Source: Lingula anatina (taxonomy: Eukaryota; Animalia; Brachiopoda). From it: 64,000 nucleotides of DNA. The position numbers and the translations under genes were made by a program. Shown piece by piece: positions 14,601 to 26,106 of this stretch (the first letter of the stretch is position 1; the number at the start of each line of letters is the position of its first letter). The stretch spans positions 35,855,967 to 35,919,966 of the forward strand of contig CM120640.1 of assembly GCA_051362555.1 (NCBI GenBank), given 5' to 3'. The notes beneath the pieces were generated by a model. The model searched no databases. It had not been told where the DNA came from and saw only the letters and a program-made list of their open reading frames with translations.

Positions 14601-17600
14601 AGAAAATTTTAGAGGAAATATATTACAGATACCAAGAGTACATTCCCCGATTTCAATCACATGAAAACTTTCAAACATAAAGCTCATCAAATGCAATGAT
14701 ATTATACATCAGCATGTGAAACAGAGATCAATATTTTACAAAATATAAACAATATAAATTGAAACTACACAAAGCACAGAGCTTTTCCCAAAATATGCCA
14801 TTAAAAAGTAAATGTTCCAATGAATCTAATAAAAAGCAATAACCATCCTTCCAGTTTCAGTAATGTGTCTAAGATGGTCAGTATCAGACACAACAGAGAA
14901 ACATAACTGAACAAATACGTAAGCAAATTGCATACAGACCATGCTCTGCTGCTAAGAAATCATCCTTAATTTTCTGTCTCTCCTTGGCCAAGGTGTTCAC
15001 AGTGAAGTCAATTCTCTCCTCTTCTTCGTCACTTACATCATTTTCATCATCCCTAGAAGTGGAAAAAAAAAGATTAATAGATTTATTTAAGCCTCATCTT
15101 TAAAACAGACCAGTTAAAGTTCACAAAATTCTTACTTCTTTAACCGCAGTCAAAAACTGTAAGAGGAAATTGCATTCAATCAAAGTACACTTATAACTAA
15201 ATGTACAATGTACTGCAGTACCTACCTAACCAGTCTTGAATTAGCCTTTTCCACTTTCACAGTGTCATCCAGTGGTATCACATCCCCCATCTCCCTAGCC
15301 ATCTGCCTTCTCTTGCGAGCCATGTGGATAAGATGAGCATCAGGGATTTCACCCCCTAAAATATACATGAAATAATTCACCACTAAAAAGTTGAAATTTC
15401 TCACAACAGGACATTTTAGGCAAGTGCACAAAAAAGAATTTACAGTAGGATTTTAAAACAATTGTGGTAGTTGTGTGCATGCCTGTGCGGGTGCATGTGT
15501 GTATTGCACCATGGTTGGCACTTACTTTCAAGCACCGCTTTGAACACATGTGCGCCACCTCCAGAGCGCTTTGGTTTGTCCCCCTCGCTGTCCTCTCCAT
15601 TACTGTCCACATCCATGTCATCACCACTGTAAATGTCACCATCTTCTGTCTGAAAATACAGACAACAGTCCCATCTGCTAATGTTACTCATAAAAGAGAG
15701 TTTTTGGCTTGGAAATCTGCCAACAGACAGAAAAATCTTATTACTGTTGTAAGCACCAACTGTGAACGTCCCCCCAAAAGACCGTCAAAAGACAGAAAAA
15801 TTTAATCTCTGGTTACTTACTCAGGTTGAAACAAAATTGTTCATTTTGACTCGAGTACACTTAAGTTGACCTTTTTGTTGTTTATATTAAGCATATCAAC
15901 TAGGAACAACAAAATCTTCTAATATCGTATCTTAAGTATTTCTTTTTCAGTTTATTAAAGTACCATTCAGTGTTTTGCTTGTGAACAATCACCTTTTCTT
16001 TCTTTAATTCTTGTTCTTTTTCCTTTGTTTCAATCTTCTCTTGTTCTTCCTTCTCCTTTTTTCTCTCCTTCTTCAACTGCTTTGCAACTCTCCTGCTGTG
16101 GCTAGGTTTCTTCACCTTAAAAACTTCACCTTCTGTAAAAAAATAATAGTAGGAATTGGAAAACTATTTAAATAACATGCCTCCTTCCTAACCAAAACAT
16201 TTCATTCTCACACTATAATCCAAAAGGGTTTTCAAAGGTAAATAAAACAATAAATGTTATGTGCAAAAATGCTCAGCTCGGCACTCAGCACGTGGAGGTT
16301 GAAGCAAGAGCAATTACCTGGCTTGTTATTATTTGTTTGCTAGCTTTGATACGGTAGCCAGGCTGTATCCTACCCAGGGAAGCGAGAGCGTAACCACCCA
16401 GAGTGTATCTTGACCAGGTGCCCATTATATATATATATATATATGTTATATGTTATATATGTTATTATATATGTTCCATGTACGACTTCAACCAGATAAT
16501 AATGAAATTGTATATTATATAAATAGCACTCAACTTCCAAGAATGACAATGCCACTGATAGTGGACACAAACTCCAGAGAAGAATAGAATATCATATCAC
16601 TGTTTTCAATTCTAATAAACAGTCTCACCGACTTGAACAAGATCCAGACTTGCAAATCTGTTTCAAAGATACTATATCTTGACAATGGCATCTTGCCATT
16701 TGCACAGATTCGGCCAACTTTACTATAACTCGCTGGTATTAGGTCAAGCACAACACTTCAAGCAAAGCACAGGCTGCAAGTAATTACTGCACTGCTTCAG
16801 ATCAAGTGTTGTTCAACTTAATTGTCAAATGTAAAGAAATGGAAAAGACCTTACAACTGATAAAAAATATGCTCTGAATAAGATGTTTCAAGGAGTTTTT
16901 GGCAACCAGTAAAGAATTGCCATGTTAGATTCCTCTCATTCTATTTGACGGTTAGAACACACATACAGTTGTCAACTTGTCAGACATTATTCCCTGCCAC
17001 TCAACGTCATAACTGTCATTGTCCACCATTCAGAGCTTAAGACGTTTAAGACAACCTCCAAAGAGTCAGTATTACAGAGAAAACAAACCCATGACTGACG
17101 TATACAGCAAATTTACAATTGCCATACCTATGAAGAACCAGACAGCTCAGACAGTTGCAAAAGCCCTTGTGCGGGAATGGTTCCTATGTTATGGAGTGCC
17201 TCAAAGAGTTCACTCAGATCAAGGGAAATCCCTGGATGCAAGATAGTGAGCAAGTTGTACAAAATTTATGGGATTGATAAATCCCGCACAACAGCATACC
17301 ACCCGAGAGGGAATGGACAGTGCGAGAGATTCAACCGCACAATGCATGATCTCTTACGTACATTAACACCAGCTCAGAAGACCAAGTGGTCAGACTTCTT
17401 TCAATTACACTTAGTAAGTAGAACCAGAGAATACCTCATTGGCAATGAGGTATGTGGATTCTGTGGTAGCAGTCTTTAAAGATTTGAGGGAGAAGAGTGT
17501 AGTGGCTGGCAGGGGTCGACTTGGGGAAGCTCATTTGAAAGAGCAGTGGCAAATCCACTATTTCCATCAAATCACTGCAATATGCAAGCATGGCCAAGAA

Positions 17601-19806
17601 GGCATGATAGTGCAGAGACAAAACAATTAAAACCAAGGCAAATGTCCAGAAAAAGCAAAGAGTAGCAGAGATTAGGAGTCATGCTCTCTTCTGACCTGAA
17701 ATGGTCAATTCACTTTAACAATTTATGTAAAAAAAGCCAGCAGTACATTAGCCCAGCGCCCACATGAAAGTCAGCATACATAGCCCTTGTCCACTCCACT
17801 TTGGAGTACAGTGCCATCATATGGGACCCTTACTTACAATAGGACATTAACAAAATAGAAAAAATTCATTGCAAGGCTGCACAGTTTATCACTGGGGTTT
17901 ATATGTCACGGTCTCCAGGTAGTGTTACCTCCATGTTAAAATCATTGGATCTCCCTAGCTGCAGTTTCGGAAGAAGGAAGGAACTGCAGCTAACTTTTCT
18001 TTTTAAGGTGGTTGAGGGGTTTGGTACCAGTGATAACTTCTGACACTTACTTAATACCAGCTTCAAACAAATGTCGCGTAAGTGTTCCCTGTGTTACACG
18101 TCGTTGCGACTGATGACGTGCAGCGACCTGCATGGCCAATGACGTTGCTCACGCATGGACTGGTGAGGCCGTGATGCTCTTGGCGTTGTTTGGATGTTGG
18201 AGTTTTTTTTTTCAATATCTGACGTTCTTGTAGCTTCTTATTACTTATTATAATTATTTGTTGCTTCTTACAGATATCTCTGAAAGCCTTATTTTTATCT
18301 CAAAAGAATAAATATATTTGTAAAACCCATGTTTTGTTTATTGCCTGCTTACATTTGGTACCAGAGTCACACCAAATGGAAGAAGCATCGAACGTACAGA
18401 AGAATTGTCTGCCTCATATGTCTGCCAACGTTAAAGACTGGATATCAAACCGTGAAAGGTGTAATCTGGCCAAAATGCCATCACGAAATATTCATACTCC
18501 TATGCAAAGTATCATAGCTCATGAGCAAATGGAAATCATCACCATTGATTTCACAGTTTTGGAACCAGACAGAAACAGACTTGAAAATGATCTAGTCAAG
18601 ACTGACGTATACAGCAAATTTATAATTGCTGTACCTATGAAGAACCAGACAGCTCAGACAGTTGCGAAAGCCCTTGTGCGGGAATGGTTCCTACATTATG
18701 GAGTGCCTCAAAGAATTCACTCAGATCAAGGGAAATCCCTCGATGCCAAGATAGTGAGTGGGTTGTACAAAATTTATGGGATTAATAAATCCCGCACAAC
18801 AGCATACCACTCGAGAGGGAATGGACAGAGCGAGAGATTCAACTGCACAATGCATGATCTCTCACGTACATTAACACCAGCTCAGAAGACCAAGTGGTCG
18901 GACTTCTCGCCAGAACTAGTATATGCTTACAACTCTTGTTGTGATCAGAGTTTTTTTCCTTCCTCCACCTGGTCTGCTCTTCATGTGGAGCCACAGGTGA
19001 GTGAGTTAGGCCAGGTGGAGACAACACGCCCCCTGCAGGAGATCGTCTACATTGTGACATCATAACTGTCACACATTCATTGTCTCAGATCTCCCACTCC
19101 GAATCAGACATGCTACGATCGATGATCCCTACAATATTCTCACAGAGCCTAACAATAGCAACAGCGATCACTCACCAATTCAGTAAGTAGACACAGTGAA
19201 TACTTTAGCCTGAAGACTAAAGAAACCTGGTGCCCCAACTAAACAGAAGGAACAGGCAATACACTCAGAGAGTAGCAGAAGTGTATGGTACTACTATAAG
19301 AACAGAGTAAAACACGTTAAGAAGCAGAGGTTATTATAGAACTTAGTGGGTCCAACATACAGTTACCGTTAGAACTCGGCCTTACATTTAGAGCGCGAGA
19401 ATTCGCATCATTATGACATCCATCACTAAGGAGAATCATATCAATAACAAGAGTAGTATTTATTGACATTATTTCATGTATATGAATTATTATTGGATCA
19501 AATTCAATATAACTGAAATTTGGAGAAAGACCCCGTTCAAAATTGATTATTATTTGCACACCTGTTTAACCTACCTTCATTTTCGTCTTCAAAACTGAGG
19601 ATACTCGCCGGCACTACAACCTTGCTTTTCCCGCTCTTTTTCTTCTTCTCCTTTTTAACAACAGCTGTCTCAGGAACTTCAGACGAATCTTCGTTATTTT
19701 CTGCTTCACATGCATTACTCAAATTGCTATTTTCTTCATCTTCCGAATCATTAACTTCAACTTTCCGCCGAAAGTTCCTTTTCGGCTTCCTAAACGTGCT
19801 CGCCAT
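8698..19806 (-). CDS. PAXBP1: PAX3- and PAX7-binding protein 1 / GC-rich sequence DNA-binding factor (GCFC family), ~855 aa, 18 coding exons
   Basis: Minus-strand exons: 19575-19806, 15993-16132, 15526-15649, 15226-15355, 14940-15052, 14336-14406, 13722-13975, 13147-13336, 12314-12431, 11998-12073, 11651-11763, 11130-11329, 10731-10878, 10213-10408, 9948-10014, 9588-9734, 9129-9283, 8698-8791. All phases join; total 2568 nt. Family motifs: [130 protein letters not shown]. Confidence 0.93.
17093..17399 (+). mobile_element. Gypsy/Ty3-type integrase (rve) fragment, frameshifted copy
   Basis: [39 protein letters not shown], then a 1-nt deletion relative to the second copy (gatgcaag vs gatgccaag), then [21 protein letters not shown]. 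Confidence 0.88.
17691..18075 (+). mobile_element. Degenerate non-LTR retrotransposon (CR1/L2-like LINE) ORF2 C-terminal fragment
   Basis: Translation gives [14 protein letters not shown]..., [51 protein letters not shown]. This matches the post-RT motif Y..LVR..LEY....W.P.......LE.VQ..A.RF of these clades. It contains a stop and frameshifts. Confidence 0.8.
18092..18367 (+). mobile_element. Probable LTR (18092-18353) with primer-binding site (18356-18367)
   Basis: Begins TGTTACA and ends TTACA. It contains CCAAT, three TGACGT motifs and AATAAA. Two nt later comes TGGTACCAGAGT, a PBS-like sequence one mismatch from the animal tRNA-iMet complement TGGTAGCAGAG. Confidence 0.65.
18400..18935 (+). 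mobile_element. Gypsy/Ty3-type integrase fragment (degenerate Zn finger plus DDE core)
   Basis: ORF 18334-19065 has [22 protein letters not shown] (decayed CxxC), TIDF, IHSDQG and NGQSERFN, i.e. the D-D-E triad. 18600-18908 is a close paralogue of 17093-17399. No gag or RT is attached. Confidence 0.9.
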
Positions 19807-20063
19807 GTTTTCTTTACAAAAGTATGATGGGAAAACATTAATTATCACATACTTATTGTTTTGGTGAGTAAACCAGTGTATTTTTTTAAAAATCTGTATA
19901 GCTTTTTTTAACTCATTATTATACATAAATACAACACAAATTGTATGCTTATTTGAAAATTGTAAATCTCGTTTGAAAGAGACTAGCAAACGAGATAAAT
20001 AAGTAAACACAGCGGTCTCGGTTTCATTTTCAAAACTTGGATATAAATTTTTCTGAAATTAAG
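19807..20063. promoter_or_regulatory. Probable bidirectional promoter shared by PAXBP1 and the C19orf44-like gene
   Basis: Divergent start codons at 19806 (-) and 20635 (+). CpGs are locally retained in an otherwise CpG-depleted region. A plus-strand donor (aag|gtaact, ~20063) could join the acceptor at 20633, implying a non-coding first exon. Confidence 0.55.
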
Positions 20064-20634
20064 GTAACTACATCTAGATAGTGCAAATAGATTTGTATTT
20101 CTATATATCTAAATTTCATAATATTTTAATACTTACTTTGGAAAAAAATTAATATCTTATATTTTGACTTTATACTGGAGCTCTCTTACTAGCACTACAG
20201 TACACTAATTTCATTAAATAGATCTACAGTAGATCAACATTTTAAATACTGCCTTTTGATACTTTGGAATATTTTACAATTATTTTGTAATGTCTGCTCA
20301 CACTCATAGTTCTGAATCGCCTTTTTTCTTTCCCTGATGTCACTTAAGCCTTATCACTATTTGGCAATCGTCAGATCACTCATTCCATTTTTTACATGGT
20401 CTTAGAATCTTATTACCAAAAAATCAAGTTGTCAAATATTTTAATTTTTCTATTTAAACTATATAAACTATTTATTAAAGAGCTTTCACAATTATCTGTG
20501 TTGGCAGTAGAAGTTAATTCTACAGTATAATGTGCTTTACCAAATTACAACATGCATTTTATTTTAGTAATAAAGCAATAAACAATTTTACTTTTTGTTA
20601 GGGAATTGATGTAGCTTGGTGTTTATCTTTCAGA

Positions 20635-23600
20635 ATGAGAAGATCAAATGTTAAGAATAAAGGGCCGGGAAGCTCTTTCAACAGAACTTCTGGAAGTCTT
20701 CTAGATGATAGTGATGATGATCAGAATGAGCTACAGGTGATTATATCTTAATTTCATAATTTATATTTTTATTTAAGTTAATTAAACTCATAAATAAGGC
20801 CAGGATTTTTTCCTAAGGCCAAAGTGTATAATTTTTCAATCAGTTGAAAATGTGCAGGTTAAGAAAAAAATTCCATGCAAATGAAACAAACAAACAAACA
20901 AACAAACCAAAATTTTCCTAGTCTTAAGGCCGTTGGTATTTATCTTCCAGAATGATCCCTTTTCTTTCTACTTTTTCTTACAACTGGAATCATGTCTGAC
21001 GTAAACCCTTCAGGGTATACAACAACCAAGCATATTAAAGGCAAAGAACCACATTGATATTGTTGATAATGTCTTTCTAAATGTTCCAGGCATACTTAAG
21101 CTCTCTAACTAAAAAGAAAGCTCCTGCTAAGAGTCCAGACCTAAGTGACATATCCATCTCCAGTGGTGATTTGAGTTTTAAAGGGGCAAAAAAGCAGACC
21201 AGTACCAGTAAATTCCTAAAAAATAAAGCGGGTGGTCAAAATAATGCAGAAAAAACAGCAATAAAGTCAGGGGCAGGAAATCTCAGTGGCTCATTGACTA
21301 TAGGAGGTTCACTCCGAGATACAGGACGTCTTGGAAATTCTACTGGGTCATCAGCATTAGACAAGGTGGCAGCACTGAGTAGCAAGTATGGAGGGAAAGG
21401 AATTGTGGCCAAGAAACAGCCCACTCCTATGTTGAGTGACAGTGATATGGAGATGGATATTAGTTTAAGTGATGACAATATGGCAGGTGCTTCATTGATG
21501 AACAGTAGAAAGGTTCTGACAGAGAGGAACTCTGACCAAGATTCTGCAGAGCCTGGAACTTCGAGCAATAGATTCTTAAAGAAAAATAAACAGGCTGACC
21601 AGAAGAAAACCCCTGAAAAGAATGATAAAGAAAATCAAAAGGATAAAACACGAGGAATAACTGATGGTGCAAATTACCCTGGACACTCTTTGACTAAGAT
21701 AAAGAGCTTTGAAGGATTGAATGAATTGAGTGATAGTGACAGTCACAGTTTAGAACAAGGTAAAAGCAGCAGGAAATTTCTCAAAAAGAAACCACTAGGG
21801 GGCAGTGCTAAACAAGGAATCACTATTCCACAAGCTCAGATTGAAAATGAAACAAGCTCATCAGAGTCAAATACTGCAGAACTTATGAAAGGGATTGAAG
21901 GCATCAGTGACATTTCTATTAGTGAAGAAAATACAAAGAGTGCTAAAAAAACAACTGTTAAATCTCAAAAGGCTAATCGTGAAGTTCATTTTGATGTTAG
22001 CGATGATTCAGAGTCTGTAGCAAACATTCGCTTAAAGAGGTCAAAAGACAACGAAGTAGTCAAGACCTCTACTCCAGCAAAAACTGGTAAGGTGATCAAC
22101 TACAGATCTGGGTAGTAACACTGTACTTTTCAATAGATTTCCTTAAAAATTCCATCAATATGTCGAACTTGAGCTAGGCTCACTCATGGAATAGTAAATT
22201 TGACCAAATTCTAAACACCCTATCTGGCCAAAGATGATGTGAAATATTTTACTGACAAAAATATCTGGAATGTACATTAAATTTTAAATTTTGCAAAAGT
22301 TACTCTCCTTGGAAAAGAAATATTTTTGGGTGAGTCCAGTTTATGGGTTTTTAAGACAGAAAATTTTCAAGATTTTAGAACACTTTGTTTAATGAAATAA
22401 GAATTTGCTGAGAGAGTTACAATTTGCTGGTTATATGGCATTGAAGCTCATTTAACACAGACTTTTGAAAAGGAGGAAAAAATTAGCTATGGGATGAGGC
22501 GTGATATTTCTACAATTTATTTTTATTATTCTTTGGGTCTAAATGTCTTTTTTCATTAAAATAAATAGAATAAATTACAATAATCTGTTCTTACATAGAA
22601 CCAATTACATGTAAGAAAACCAATTATAATTTTTCTAAATTAATAGAAAAGTTTTTAACATAAAGGGTTTATTGTACTTTTTTTTGCAATACTGAATGTG
22701 TTTCAACATATATTGGATGCCTGTATAAAAATGTTAAAATGAAGTTAGATTTTATCTTTTAAAATTCACATTTAAATGCAATGTACAAAAAATACAATTT
22801 ATATATTAGTTTAATTTTGTATTATGTACAGCCAAAAAGCCTATAGTCTTTGACAGTGATGAGGAAGAACTGCAGGAATTCATTGAGGGGCTATCCCCAA
22901 CACCAACACCAGACAGTGCAGCTAGACACAAGGTTGGTGACATTTCTTTTTCTACCTTTGTTTTGATATCATGTAATGTGTGTTTTATACAATTTCTGTT
23001 TACAGTGAATAATGATATTTCAATTTTTTATGAAGTGGGAATAGTATTTTTGCATATTGTTATTTATTTATTTATTTATTTATTTATTTGTAATTTTGAA
23101 CTGAATATTTTTGAAATTTTGAAAGTTCCAGAGAGCAAGTGGTAAAAATACTGGAGTTGAAAGTCCAAGCTTAAAAAGAAGTGGTTCAGCTAGCAGTGTT
23201 TCAACCATAGGAGAAGGTATATTCAGAATATTATCAAGATAATCATGCTATTCTGGTGACAACACCATATAAAGATGATGCTTTAAATTTTTTTTAAGGA
23301 ATTGCTGCTCCACTGCTGGTGATTTTTCAAAACCTTTTTTTAAAATAAGTAGAAATTTTAGGTAAAAAGTTATTATGTGATTTTATTTTAAGGGATTTAT
23401 GTTCAAGATTTGCATTAAAATTGTTTGCAATTAATAATGTATGTGTGTTTTAATAGGTCCAGCATTCAATTTGGTTACCCTAGATGACATTTTAGGAGAT
23501 ATGGAAGCAACACCAACGGCTCCTTTAACCAAGTCAAAGAAGAATGAAGAGAAAGATATTCAAGCCAAAAGTTATGATCAAGCTAAAGACAAAAGACCTG

Positions 23601-26106
23601 TGCCAAAACCCAGAAAATCAAAACAGGACTCTGTTAGTGTTGAATCCCCAGAGCCTGACCCATTAAGCAGGATGGGACTGCAGACTTTAGACGACGTACT
23701 TGATATTGACAATGATCCATCGGTTCCTGTTACCCAGAGTTATCTGACAAAAGAGACAAAAGATGAGAGCTCGTCAAGCAGCTCTGAAGAAATCATACTT
23801 GATATGTCCCAACAAAGTGATATTGTTTATGAAAATGACTTTAATAAGGGCAGGAAATCTAGACCTATAACTCCTAGGTCTGAGGCACTTACTCCTAAAT
23901 CAGAAATTGTTAGTGAAATAAAGTCAGAAATTCAATACCAGAGTGACTTTGAAAGATCTCAGTCCAGAATTAGCCCAACACCAACTCCAAGATCACAAAG
24001 CAATAGATATTCAGATGATTTTGAACACAGTTATCAGGATAAGTCAGATATGGGTAGGTCTAGGTCAGCTAGTCCTAAGAGGTCAAGGTCAAACTCTCGA
24101 TCAAGTGAGCAGAGGTCAAGATCAAGATCCAGAACTGACAGAAGCAGTAGTGGAACCACATCTCTGAGGTCTAGCTTTTCACAGTCTGTGTCAAGTTCAT
24201 CAAAAACTGAAACCTCGTCCAGATCACGAAAAAAACACAAAGGTTCATCTCGGTCACCTACAAGCAGGAAAGCATCCTATTCACCTAGAGGAAAACATGA
24301 TAGATCGAAGCATAAAGATTCATACTCTAGTAGCAGATCTGGAACTAGTAAGGATGATGATTATTCCAGAGATAGCAACACTGAGAGTTACAGGTAAAGA
24401 CAGCCATCCAGGGTTTTAAACTTATTTTAGTGATGATAATCTTCTTAAGATATGGATTCTGCTTTGTTGACGTTTTTATGAGAAATACACATCTTCTCAG
24501 ATTTGAACAGACCACACAGGACAGATGAAGTTGAATTTAAGTTTGAGAACAATTTGTTACTGTATTCAATAAAATAAGACAATTGTTTTATCTATGCTGA
24601 TGATGACGCATATCTTTGGTCAGTTTCAACAGAGTTTGCTCTATTCAGGTTCTACTTTCATTTTAAAAATGCAAAACGAAACGAATATTGAAAAAGAAAC
24701 TTACACATACTCCAATTTAATGATCATTTTTATGTTTTACTAATTTAACACACAAAACAGTCAGAACAATACCCTACATACATTACAGGTCCAGTAGATC
24801 TCGGAGAGGTCACAGAAAAAGCCGCACGAAGACAGTTAGAGTCCAGACTGACCACGACACCTCTGCGCTGCAGTACCAATGGAACCCCTACACAGCGGGG
24901 ACAGCCGTGGAGGGTGCTGCCCTTGGGATGCAAGTTGTGGACCCCACTCCTGTTGCCACCCATGCTGTTAGTGCAGAGGCACTGGAAGGTCAGTCTTCAT
25001 TAGCAGGGAATGGTTTTCAAACAAGAATGCAAGAAAGGAGCATGGTTTTAACTTTAAGAGGAAACATTTTGTTGCATGATTCAGTAGCAGTCTACTTAAA
25101 TTACGTAAAAATTCTTCATTTAATCTTTTTTTATATAACAGGTACTATGTTCCATTTACTTCGACTACAATTGATTTATCTGGGGTCCAGGTAGATTAAA
25201 ATGTTGGTCTTAAAGTTTAAATCAACTTTACCTAAGGTCTGAAATGTATTTTATGAAACAAGGGCTAACTGAAATAAATAGAGAGATAAAAAAGTCAGCT
25301 AGTTCAGATTCTGTTTATTTTGACAGTTTTCTTCAAAGCACTGAACACCAAAGATGCAAAATTTTCCCATAAAATTATTAAAATTTGATGTATGCTGTTT
25401 TGTTTTAATGGTATATGATTTAAAGTTATCATTAATGACATCACTAATTAATTATCATTAATGTCAGTACTCAGAAAAAACTACTATATTCTAAATAGTC
25501 TTATGATCACATGAATGACTGCAATGTATTACTAATGAAGATAGTACAATAATGACTTAAATTTACCATATGTTCTAGTTCTTTAAAAATTATTTTGTTT
25601 TATTTTATTATGTTTATTTTCATTGCAGCAATGACGGGCTATAGCCCTAGTGTCCTTGTGCTCAATGATATGTTAAGACAGCAGTTACAGCTGACTAAGT
25701 CCTTCCTAGGGGTCCAACAGAGAATATATCATTCACTTATGGGAACAATTAATAATCAGTACCAATACACAACATTGGAAGATACCAAAAAGGTATGTAT
25801 TTTGATATGTTCTCCTTGTGTCAATGCAATTAGAAGAATTGAAATATGGCAAACATTTTAGTGTTGTGTCATCGCCATTGCATTGTGTAGAATTGATATG
25901 GTTAAATATCTCTAGCTTTGAGCTGTTGCTATTTTCCATCATAGAGATGTGCAACATGGTATGAAATAAGTGAAATAGAATTGTTTGTGTAATTAAAGCA
26001 TCTGTTATGATATTTTCAGTATATTCGAAAACATCGGAAACCAAAGTTAACTTTTGATCAAGCATTGAAACTGGTGAAAGCAGAAATGGGGGAAGATGTT
26101 AGGTAG
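20635..26106 (+). CDS. C19orf44: Uncharacterised C19orf44-like protein (C-terminal DUF4614), long disordered Ser/Arg-rich protein
   Basis: Exons 20635-20736, 21090-22086, 22832-22932, 23126 (or 23132)-23216, 23457-24393, 24789-24988, 25629-25792, 26020-26106 (TAG); phases are compatible. The C-terminus [40 protein letters not shown]...YQYTTLEDTKKYIRKHRKPKLTFDQALKLV matches the DUF4614 pattern I recall from C19orf44. Confidence 0.85.

Noticed and set aside
18334-19065. 243-aa integrase ORF as a domesticated gene
   Set aside because: It has a non-ATG start within an LTR-like segment, a decayed Zn finger and a truncated C-terminus, and a frameshifted sister copy lies nearby. This fits a TE relic.
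20020-20031. ISRE-like GGTTTCATTTTC in the bidirectional promoter
   Set aside because: A single short motif in AT-rich DNA near non-immune genes; likely chance.
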